A stretch of 64,000 nucleotides of DNA from an uncultured Acidobacteriota bacterium (GTDB lineage: Bacteria; Acidobacteriota; Vicinamibacteria; Vicinamibacterales; Fen-181): assembly GCA_963844875.1 (NCBI GenBank), contig CAWJPZ010000003.1, positions 645,200-709,199 of the forward strand. The letters run 5' to 3'. Below, piece by piece: positions 18,435 through 26,613 of this stretch. The position numbers and the translations under genes are program-made. Position 1 is the stretch's first letter, and each line of letters opens with the position of its first letter. The notes under the pieces were generated by a model. The model was given only the letters and a program-made list of their open reading frames with translations. It made no database searches and was not told the DNA's origin.

Positions 18435-19620
18435 ATGCACTCCCGTCTCTATTACGAAGAGCCTCCGGCGCACGGAATTCGACGCCGTGGTCACCGGCGG
18501 CTCGACACTCGACGGCCGCCCTGCCGTCACGCTCGACACGAGCGCCTTCTACCCGACTTCGGGTGGCCAGCCGAACGACCTGGGTGTGCTCGGCGAGGCT
18601 CGCGTGCTCGACGTGATCGAGTCGGACGCAGGCGAGGTGTGGCACGTCCTCGACCGCGAGATGGCGCCCGGCACGCCCGTGCACGGCGTCGTGGACTGGG
18701 TGCGGCGCTTCGACCACATGCAGCAGCACACCGGGCAGCACATCCTGTCGGGGGCGTTCGACCGGCTCCATCGCGCGCGCACCGTCGGGTTTCATCTCGG
18801 CGCCGTCGTCTCGACGGTCGACCTGGCCATCGAGCTGTCATCGACGGACATCGCCGCGGCCGAGGCCGAATCCAACCGGATCGTCTGGGAAGATCGCGCG
18901 GTGGGAATCCGGTTCGTGACCGAATCCGAGGCGGCGGCGCTGCCCCTCCGGAAGGAGCCCGCGCGCGGGGGCACGCTCCGGGTGATAGAGGTTGAGGGCT
19001 ACGACCTCTCGGCCTGCGGCGGAACCCACGTCGCACGGACCGGAGCGGTCGGGCTCATCGCCGTCCTGTCAGCCGAGAAGTTGCGGGGCGGCACCCGGAT
19101 CGAGTTCGTGTGCGGCGGCCGGGCGCTGCGATCCTTCCGGATGTTTCGCGATGCCGTCGCCGGCTGCATTCGTCACGTCTCCGTCGCGCCCGAGGAATTG
19201 CCTGCCGCGGTCGAACGGCTGCAGGCCGACGGGAAGGACCAGCGAAAGGCGGTCAAGGACCTGCAGGAACGCCTCGCGGGCTTCGAGGCGGCGGCGCTCG
19301 CCGCCGCGGCCGAACAGGTGAGCGGGGGTCGCCTCCTCGTTCAGGCGATCGACGGCCGCGACCAGGCGGGGCTGAAGGCGATTGCAGCGGCGATCTGCAG
19401 TGCGCCCGGCTTCCGCGTGGCGTTGTTCTCGACCGCGCACCCGCACCTGGCGGTCGTCGCCCGTTCGAAGGACGTTGACGTGGATTGCTCGGCAGCGCTG
19501 AAGAAGCTCGTCGCGGAGTTTGGCGGCCGCGGGGGCGGCAGGCCGGAACTCGCCCAGGGCGGAGGCCTGACCGGCGACCTCGCGCGGATTCTCGCCGCAG
19601 CGGGGCAGGCCTTGCGCTGA
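18435..19620 (+). CDS. alaX: Alanyl-tRNA editing protein AlaX-L (tRNA_SAD plus DHHA1-like C-terminus), with the frame broken once within 18453-18475
   Basis: 'MHSRLYYEE' is in the ATG 18435 frame. The rest ('TEFDAVV...', 'HMQQHTGQHIL', 'CGGTHV', 'GGRGGGRPELAQGGG') is in the 17869..19620 frame. Confidence 0.8.
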
Positions 19621-19631
19621 GCGCGGTTCGT

Positions 19632-21218
19632 CTATTTCCGGGTGAAGTTGGCCAGACGTTCGAGCGCCAGGTCCGTCGCGCCGTCGATCACCGACTGCGG
19701 CTGCGAGAAGTTGTTGGCCAGGATGGAGAAGACGAGCGGCTCGCCATCGACCGAGGTGATATAGCCGGACAGCGCGCGCGCGTTGGTGATCGACCCGGTC
19801 TTCGCCCGCACGTTGCCCGCCGCCCTCGTTCCGACGAAGCGGCGCGAGATCGTCCCGTCCTGCCCGCCGATCGGCAGCGTGGCGACGAAGTTGTCGTGGT
19901 GCTTCGGATCCCGGTAAAGCTGCCGCAGGATCTTCACCAGCATCTCCGCGCAGAGATAGTTGTAGCGCGACAAGCCGGAGCCGTCCGCCAGGATGTAGGC
20001 ATCGGGCGCGACCCCCCAGTTGTCGAGCACCTCTCGCACGACCTTCTGGCCCGCCCGGGCGGTGCCGCCGTCCTTCGCGCCGAGCGTTCTCAGCAGCGTC
20101 TCCGCGTACTGGTTCTGGCTCACCTTCATCAGCACCCGCGCGAATTCGGACAGCGGGGCGGACCGATGGGAGAGCAGCACGCGGACCGGTGCGATCGGCG
20201 CAACCGGGTAGACGTCCTCGAATTCTCCCGCCTCCCCCTTCACCGTGATCCCCTTCGCGATCAGCGTCGCGCGCAGCATCCGCGCGAAATACAGTGCCGG
20301 GCGATCGACCGAGGCAGTTCGCACCAGTTCCTTCGCGCCAGCCGGCACGGTCCCGCTGATGACCAGGCGGTTGGAGCCGCGCAGCCGCGAGACCTCGATG
20401 TCCGGCTCTCCCTCCGCGACCGTCGTCACCTGCTTGTCGGCGATCAGTCCGCTCTCGATCGGCCGCACTTCGACGAACGCTGCCGTTCCGGGGGAGGCGG
20501 CAGGCCGGATCACGACGTCGGCGGTGCTCTCGTTGTATTGCAGCGCCGAGACGCCGGCGGCATAGGAGGCGGCCAGGTAGTCCCAGGCCCAGCCGGCGCC
20601 GAGCGGTTCGCGGTCGAACGCGCGCGCGTCGGCGACGATCCGGCCGTTGATCGACCTGATGCCGTCGGCGAGCAGCCGATCCGCCCACTGTTCAAACACG
20701 CGGGTGGCGGACCCGCCCCGGCTGCCGATGGTCGGATCCCCGCTGCCAACGACGACCAGATCGCCATCGAGGGCGCCGTCGATCACCGGCGCCGGGCTGA
20801 CGAGCCGTGTCTCGTAGGTGAAATCCCACCCGAGACGCTCCGCGGCCGCCGCCAGCGTGACGATCTTCATGTTCGACGCCGGCATCAGCAGCTTCGTCGC
20901 ATTGCGGCTGAAGAGCGTCTCGCCCGTCTGGAGCGACTGCACCACGACGGCCCACTGCATCCGGTCGAAGGCCGGCGCGTCGAAGATCCGCCCGAGTTCC
21001 CGGGCGAGGCCGGTGCCCCCGGGCTCAGCCTGTATCGGGCGGGATGCAGCCGCGGTGGCGGGTGGCGTCGCCGCCGGAACCGGCGGCGCCGTCTGCGGCC
21101 GCGATTCGCGCGACGCGCAGGCAGGTCCGGCCAGGAGCAGGACGAGAGAAAGCAGTGCCGCGCCGGCGGTCCGGCCGCACGTCCGCACGGCCGGGCCGGC
21201 GTGTCTGAGATGGCGCAT
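19632..21218 (-). CDS. dacB: D-alanyl-D-alanine carboxypeptidase/endopeptidase, PBP4 (S13) family
   Basis: It has a signal peptide, 'LMPASNMKIVT' (SxxK), 'DGSGLSR' and 'KTGS'. Confidence 0.85.
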   Translation of the reverse strand: MRHLRHAGPAVRTCGRTAGAALLSLVLLLAGPACASRESRPQTAPPVPAATPPATAAASRPIQAEPGGTGLARELGRIFDAPAFDRMQWAVVVQSLQTGETLFSRNATKLLMPASNMKIVTLAAAAERLGWDFTYETRLVSPAPVIDGALDGDLVVVGSGDPTIGSRGGSATRVFEQWADRLLADGIRSINGRIVADARAFDREPLGAGWAWDYLAASYAAGVSALQYNESTADVVIRPAASPGTAAFVEVRPIESGLIADKQVTTVAEGEPDIEVSRLRGSNRLVISGTVPAGAKELVRTASVDRPALYFARMLRATLIAKGITVKGEAGEFEDVYPVAPIAPVRVLLSHRSAPLSEFARVLMKVSQNQYAETLLRTLGAKDGGTARAGQKVVREVLDNWGVAPDAYILADGSGLSRYNYLCAEMLVKILRQLYRDPKHHDNFVATLPIGGQDGTISRRFVGTRAAGNVRAKTGSITNARALSGYITSVDGEPLVFSILANNFSQPQSVIDGATDLALERLANFTRK

Positions 21219-21226
21219 GTAGCCTG

Positions 21227-22615
21227 CTACTTCTTGGGGGCGGGCGCCGGCGGTGCGGGGGCCGCCCCGCCGCCGGCGATCGCATCGAACGCCTTCAGCG
21301 CGTCTTCGAACTCGTTGGTGTCGACCTTCGCGGCACCCGGCTGGCCTGCCATCGCCGCGAAGATGTCGGGGCCCTCGCGGCCGAACGAGACCTTCTCCTC
21401 CTTGCGCCCCTCGTCGAACTTGACGGTCACCGTCATCACCGGGTTCTGGAGCCCGGTCTTCGTCTTGCCGCCGCCCTCCACGTAGGACTGCGCCCGCTGG
21501 TTCGAGAGCTTCGTGAGGAAGGTGTCCATTGCCGCGCCGTCGATGTCCTTCGCCGCCGGCTTCGTCTGCCGCCACTTCTCGGCCGTGTCGGTGCCGCTGC
21601 CTTTGACCTTCTCGAACGCCAGCGTCACCCCGTCGCGCGCGATCTCGACGGTGTTCGCATTGAAGGCGCGGAAGGCGAAGATGTCCTTCCGGCGCATCTG
21701 GTCGGCGGGCTTCTTCAAGTCATCGAGGAGAGACGACTCGACGGTGAAGACCATGGGTCTCGACGCGTCCTTGGCGTAGATCGTCCCGGCGTCCGCCTTC
21801 GCGCCCAGCAGCAGCGTCGCCCGCGAACTGCCCGTGCTGACGACGACCGTCGTGTCCGGCTTGGCGAGACCGTAGGGCTTGAGGTCGGTGGCGTCCTGCG
21901 CGGTGATGGCCTTCATCTGCGCCGTCTGGATCCGGCCGACGAGGCCTTCCACGGTCCCGTAGTCAGCGGGCGCCGTGATGGGCGCCTTGATCGTCCACTC
22001 CCCGGACTCGCGTGCGAGCGCCAGGGCACCGGCACCCGACGTGATGTCGAGGCGGTCCACCTTGTCTCGATCGAAAGCCAGTATGGTCTTCTGGCGGAGG
22101 TCGAACGTGCTGCGGTTGAAGGTGGCCTCGTACGAACCGGGGATGACGAAGACTTTCTTCTCGTTCGGGCGCTTCGCGTACAGGTTGTCGAGCGTCGGCG
22201 TCTTGTCGCCAATCAGCAGTTCCCGCGACTGCTTTCCGTCCGCGGTCTTGAAGGCAACCGCGATGCGAGGCTGCGACAGGCCGAACTGTCCGAGATCCCG
22301 CGGATTCTCGTCGACCGTGCGGGTGGCATCGACGGTGGCGAGGCTGGTCACGATGCCCGATACCTCCGCCTCGTCGGCGGCTGTGCTCAACGGCTCGGTG
22401 ATCTGCCAGGCGCCGTTCACCTTCCTCAGGGTGGTCCTGTCGCCGCCCGCGGACGTCACCGTGACCTCGGAGATGTCGTCCGACTTGACCGTGAAGACCT
22501 TGGGCGCCGCGTCTGCCGCCGGCCCTTCGGGCTTCTTCGACTCGACGAAGTAGATGTAGGCGCCGAGCCCCGCGGCGACGACGACCAGCACGAGCAGCGA
22601 TTTCAGTCCCCTCAT
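21227..22615 (-). CDS. DUF4340-domain protein (partner of the GldG-type ABC auxiliary protein)
   Basis: An N-terminal TM segment and repeated beta-rich modules. It sits in the typical position directly downstream of the gldG-like gene. Confidence 0.75.
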   Translation of the reverse strand: MRGLKSLLVLVVVAAGLGAYIYFVESKKPEGPAADAAPKVFTVKSDDISEVTVTSAGGDRTTLRKVNGAWQITEPLSTAADEAEVSGIVTSLATVDATRTVDENPRDLGQFGLSQPRIAVAFKTADGKQSRELLIGDKTPTLDNLYAKRPNEKKVFVIPGSYEATFNRSTFDLRQKTILAFDRDKVDRLDITSGAGALALARESGEWTIKAPITAPADYGTVEGLVGRIQTAQMKAITAQDATDLKPYGLAKPDTTVVVSTGSSRATLLLGAKADAGTIYAKDASRPMVFTVESSLLDDLKKPADQMRRKDIFAFRAFNANTVEIARDGVTLAFEKVKGSGTDTAEKWRQTKPAAKDIDGAAMDTFLTKLSNQRAQSYVEGGGKTKTGLQNPVMTVTVKFDEGRKEEKVSFGREGPDIFAAMAGQPGAAKVDTNEFEDALKAFDAIAGGGAAPAPPAPAPKK

Positions 22616-24199
22616 CTACCGCCTCCGCCACCACGCGTAGACGCCGCTGCCGAAGACGACCGCCGGGAGGACGAGCAGCGCCAGGATCAGCACGCGCAGC
22701 TGCTGGCTCTCCGTCATCGTCAACCGCTGGTCCTCGGGATCCTTCGGCCGGATGGCAATCAGGTTCTCCTGCTGTGCCAGCCAGCTCACCGCGTTCACGA
22801 AGAGATCGCGGTTGCCGCTGATTCCCAGGGCGAGGTTCGAGGCGAAGTCCGAATCGCCGAAGACGACGAACCGGGACTCCGTTTTCGGCCCGTCGTCCGC
22901 CGGCTTTCCAGGAGGCGGAGCCGAGGCGACCGGGGCCGAGACCGCGGCGCCAATCGCGATCGGGCCGCGCTTGTCGCCCTTGGCCTCGTCGTAGGCGACC
23001 TTCCCGCCGGCCATCACCGCGGAGATGTCCTTCTCGGACCAGCTCCGCGCGCTGGTTTCCACGAACACCTGCGCGATCCGGTTGTTCACGCCGGACGTCA
23101 CGGGAGCGACCGACCGCGCCAGCGGGAACGCCGTCATCAGGTCCAGGCCCTGGACAATCGGGTGTGACGGGTAACTGACGGCCACCGGCACGGTGGCATC
23201 CGTGCCGAGCAGCCGGCCGACACCGCTCGCGTCCACGACGATGTCGTTCCCGACGTCAATCCCCCAGTCGTGCGCCAGCGCAAGGAGGTTGGTGAGCGGC
23301 GCCGCGTCCGCCTTCTCCTGCGGATCGATCAGCAGCATCACTTTCCCGCCCCTGTCGAGGTACAGCTTGAGCGCCTGGATCTCGCCGGCGAGGAAGTCGG
23401 CCTTCGGTCCGGCGATTACCACCGCAGCCGCTTCGGCCGGCACTTCGGGCTGCTGGGCCAGCGGCAGTTTCTCGACCTTGTAGTTGTCGCGGGCCAGCTG
23501 CGCGGCGATCCCGCTGTAGCCGCCACGCTCGGAGCTCCCGGTGTCCTTCTCGCCGTGACCCTGCGTGAAGTAGACGGCGCGCTCCTTGCCCGTCACCACC
23601 TTGATGATGCCGTTGGTCAAATCCTGTTCGGAGTTGCCCGTCACCCGCTCGATCCGGTCCTTGTACTGGATGGCCACCGTGCCGTAGGACTGGATCTGCA
23701 GCTGGCTCGCAAGCGTGGGCTTCTTCTCGGGATCGACGTACTCCGCCGTCACCTTCTTGGACACGTACTCGTATTCGGTGAGGCGATCGCGGAAGCCCGG
23801 GATCTCGTTCTCCCTCGCGAAGGCCGTCATCTTCAGCGGGGCATCGAGCCCCTTGAGCACCTTCACGGTCTGCGGCGACAGCGTGAACTGGCCGCCGGCC
23901 GTCAGGTCCCAGCGCTTGTGCTCCCGAGACGAGATGTAGTTGATGCCGGCGAGGATGGCGAGCACCAGCAGGATGCTGGCCGCCGAGATGCTGCCCAGCC
24001 GCGCCGAGCGCCCGGCAAACAGGTGGACGATGTCCCTCCACTGCCCGAGGACGTAGACCAGGATGCAGACCAGTCCGCCCCAGGCGAGCCAGCGCGAATA
24101 CGGCAGTTCCGGCTTGAGCGCCAACGCCGCGAGCGCGGCGAGCACCAGCGCCACGCCAAGCCAGGCCACGATGTCAAAGGCACGTTTCAGCATCGCCAT
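22616..24199 (-). CDS. GldG-like ABC-transporter auxiliary protein (ABC_transp_aux)
   Basis: N- and C-terminal TM segments flank a large periplasmic domain ('YFTQGHGE', 'VVIAGPK.DF'). The ATG overlaps the permease stop (TAATG). Confidence 0.8.
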   Translation of the reverse strand: MAMLKRAFDIVAWLGVALVLAALAALALKPELPYSRWLAWGGLVCILVYVLGQWRDIVHLFAGRSARLGSISAASILLVLAILAGINYISSREHKRWDLTAGGQFTLSPQTVKVLKGLDAPLKMTAFARENEIPGFRDRLTEYEYVSKKVTAEYVDPEKKPTLASQLQIQSYGTVAIQYKDRIERVTGNSEQDLTNGIIKVVTGKERAVYFTQGHGEKDTGSSERGGYSGIAAQLARDNYKVEKLPLAQQPEVPAEAAAVVIAGPKADFLAGEIQALKLYLDRGGKVMLLIDPQEKADAAPLTNLLALAHDWGIDVGNDIVVDASGVGRLLGTDATVPVAVSYPSHPIVQGLDLMTAFPLARSVAPVTSGVNNRIAQVFVETSARSWSEKDISAVMAGGKVAYDEAKGDKRGPIAIGAAVSAPVASAPPPGKPADDGPKTESRFVVFGDSDFASNLALGISGNRDLFVNAVSWLAQQENLIAIRPKDPEDQRLTMTESQQLRVLILALLVLPAVVFGSGVYAWWRRR

Positions 24200-24963
24200 T
24201 ACCCCCGCCACCGCTCGCTGTCCACCGCCTTCGATGTCAGGAACAAGGCGAAGGTGGTCACGCTCAGGTAGTAGATCACGTGCTGGGTATCCACGACACC
24301 TCGGATGAAATCCTCCAGGTGCGAGCTGAGACTGATGTAGCCGAGGACGGCGGCCCCCGTCTGGCCGAAGATGCTGCTCAGCCACTCGATGAGCCAGAGC
24401 AGGAGGACCACGGCGACCGTGAACATGCCCGCGACGATCTGGTTCTTCGTGAGGCTCGAGAAGAAGAGCCCAATCGACACGATGCAGCCGCCGAGCAGCA
24501 GCAGGCCCAGGTAGCCGGTCACGACCGGCTTCCACTCCGGGTTGCCGTACACGAACAGCAGGCCGATGTGGATGACGGTGATGCCGATCATCGCGACGAA
24601 GAGCGACATCGCGCCGAGGAACTTGCCGATGAGGATCTGGAAGTCCGTGATCGGCGACGTCATCAGCAGTTCAACCGTTCCGAGCCGCTTCTCTTCGGCG
24701 TACATCCTCATGGTGATCAACGGCACGACGAACACGAGGACGATCGACGAGTTGCGCAGCGCGTACCCGATGAGCATGAGATTCATGTTCATCGGACCGC
24801 CGCCCATCTGCGGTCCTGCCATGCTCTGGCGGGCGAAGTAGTACAGGCCGACCGCGTAGAACAGGCCGAACACGAGGGCGTACATCCCGATCACGACGTA
24901 GCCGATCGGCGACGCGAAGTAGCCCCGCCACTCCTTCCGGACGATCGCGAGGATGTTCGTCAT
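24199..24963 (-). CDS. ABC-2 family transporter permease (GldF-like)
   Basis: 254-aa protein with six TM segments, starting 'MTNILAIVRKEWRGYFASPIGYV' and containing 'EEKRLGTVELLMTSP'. Confidence 0.85.
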   Translation of the reverse strand: MTNILAIVRKEWRGYFASPIGYVVIGMYALVFGLFYAVGLYYFARQSMAGPQMGGGPMNMNLMLIGYALRNSSIVLVFVVPLITMRMYAEEKRLGTVELLMTSPITDFQILIGKFLGAMSLFVAMIGITVIHIGLLFVYGNPEWKPVVTGYLGLLLLGGCIVSIGLFFSSLTKNQIVAGMFTVAVVLLLWLIEWLSSIFGQTGAAVLGYISLSSHLEDFIRGVVDTQHVIYYLSVTTFALFLTSKAVDSERWRG

Positions 24964-25916
24964 TGGATTGTCGCCTCCCCGGACTGCTCCTCCGTCGTGA
25001 GTTGCAGGAAGATGTCCTCCAGGCTCATCCTGACCGGCCGCAGTTCGAGGAGCCCCCAGCCGCCGTTCACGACCGTCCGCGCGATGTCGATGCGCAGGTC
25101 GCGGCCCGGCTCGCTCTCTACTTCGAAGCCCACCAGGCCCTCCTTGCGGTCGACTTCGCTCACGCGGGCGATCCCGGCGAGCCGCTCGAGCGCGGCCGCC
25201 GCCGCCGCCCCATCGCCATCCACCTGGACGTACATCGTCTGCGCGCCGTCGAGGCGGCGCGTCAGGTTGTCGGGTGTGTCCACCGCCACCACGCGCCCGC
25301 GGTTGATGATCACCACGCGCTGGCAGGTCTGGGCCACCTCCGGGAGGATGTGGGTGCTGAGGACGATGGTGTGATCGCCGGCGAGCTGCTTGATGAGTTG
25401 CCGCGTCTCGATGATCTGCTTGGGATCGAGGCCGGCTGTCGGCTCGTCGAGGATCAGGACGTCGGGGTTGTGGAGAAGCGCCTGCGCGAGGCCGACGCGC
25501 TGGCGGTAGCCCTTCGAGAGCTTCCCGCAGTGGCGGTCCGCCATGTCGGTGACGCGCGTCTTCTCCATCGACACGTCGACCCGCGCCTTTCGCTCCCCGG
25601 AAGGAACGCCCTTGATCTGCGCGACGAAGCCGAGGTACTCGCGCACCGTCATCTCGGGGTAGAGCGGCGGCGTCTCCGGCAGGTAGCCCGTCCGGCGCTT
25701 CGCCTCGAGCGGCTGCTCGAACACGTCGAAGCCGGCGACCACGGCTCGGCCGGAACTGGCCGGGACGTACCCGGTCAATACGCGCATGGTGGTTGTCTTG
25801 CCGGCGCCGTTCGGGCCGAGGAAGCCGAGGATTTCCCCCCGCTCGACGCGGAAGGTCACGTCGTCCACGGCGGTCACCCGGCCGTAGCGTTTCGTCAGGT
25901 GTTGGACCTCGATCAC
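24960..25916 (-). CDS. ABC transporter ATP-binding protein (GldA-like)
   Basis: Walker A 'GPNGAGKTT', signature 'LSKGYRQR' and Walker B 'LILDEPT'. Confidence 0.9.
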   Translation of the reverse strand: MIEVQHLTKRYGRVTAVDDVTFRVERGEILGFLGPNGAGKTTTMRVLTGYVPASSGRAVVAGFDVFEQPLEAKRRTGYLPETPPLYPEMTVREYLGFVAQIKGVPSGERKARVDVSMEKTRVTDMADRHCGKLSKGYRQRVGLAQALLHNPDVLILDEPTAGLDPKQIIETRQLIKQLAGDHTIVLSTHILPEVAQTCQRVVIINRGRVVAVDTPDNLTRRLDGAQTMYVQVDGDGAAAAAALERLAGIARVSEVDRKEGLVGFEVESEPGRDLRIDIARTVVNGGWGLLELRPVRMSLEDIFLQLTTEEQSGEATIQ

Positions 25917-26036
25917 TCTGGTATCCGTTGAAGCGAACCCAGCCGTTCATGGTAGTCGATGCCCGAGAAAAGCGGCAAGACCGGAGGGAATCATACATCT
26001 TGACGTCCATCGCCGCGTCCTGGCCTGAGCCGGAGA

Positions 26037-26177
26037 CCGGAAACGGGGCCTGACCCCGTTTCCGGGCAAGGTTGGCCCGCGAAAACGGGGCCTGACCCCG
26101 TTTCTTGGCGGGTCTGGAAGCGGAAACGCGGCTTTCCCGGCCAGGTCTCGTTGCGGAAACGGGGCCTGACCCCGTTT
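26037..26177. repeat. Three REP-like copies of the palindromic hairpin AAACGGGG-CCTGA-CCCCGTTT, plus one degenerate copy
   Basis: Copy 1, 26037-26065, has a 12-bp perfect stem (CCGGAAACGGGG/CCCCGTTTCCGG). Copy 2 is at 26083-26103 and copy 3 at 26157-26177. A degenerate GGAAACGCGGCTTTCC lies at about 26122-26137. Confidence 0.85.
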
Positions 26178-26199
26178 TGGGATGGTATGATATGAACAT

Positions 26200-26613
26200 A
26201 TGAGCAGTCTTTCATACGATCTGCCAACCCCGACCGAAGATGCGTGTGACGTCTTCGTCGCGGACCCTGAGCGGGTCGCCCGAGTGCGGGCGGCGCTCAT
26301 CGGCCCGCGGCAGATCGAACGGCTCGCCGAAACCTTCCGCGCGCTCGGCGACCCGACCCGGGTGAGGATCCTCGACGCCCTGTCCCACGACGAATTGTGC
26401 GTGTGCGACGTGGCCACCCTGATCGGGACCAGCGAATCGGCCGTCTCGCACCAACTCCGCCTGCTGCGCAACCTCCGGCTGGTCCGGGCCCGCCGCGAGG
26501 GACGCATGATGTTCTACTCGCTGGACGACCAGCACATCGTCATGCTGTTTCAGCAGGGCCTCCGCCACGTGAAAGAGGCGGAAGCGGGCCGGGAAGGGGC
26601 GGGCGGGCGATGA
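26200..26613 (+). CDS. ArsR/SmtB-family metalloregulatory repressor
   Basis: 'LAETFRALGDPTRVRILDAL..ELCVCDVA...SAVSHQLRLLR' (winged HTH with a CVC alpha3 site). Confidence 0.9.
   Translation: MSSLSYDLPTPTEDACDVFVADPERVARVRAALIGPRQIERLAETFRALGDPTRVRILDALSHDELCVCDVATLIGTSESAVSHQLRLLRNLRLVRARREGRMMFYSLDDQHIVMLFQQGLRHVKEAEAGREGAGGR

Noticed and set aside
26037-26177. Whether the repeated hairpins form a CRISPR array.
   Set aside because: There are only three good copies. Spacing is irregular (17-18 and 53 nt between the copies as annotated), the repeat is short at 21-29 nt, and there are no cas genes in the window.
25947-26507. ORFs 25947..26507(-) and 25991..26227(-) with internally repeated peptides (NGVRPRF, TGSGPV).
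   Set aside because: The peptide repeats are merely translations of the REP-like hairpins. The ORFs also run antisense into arsR.
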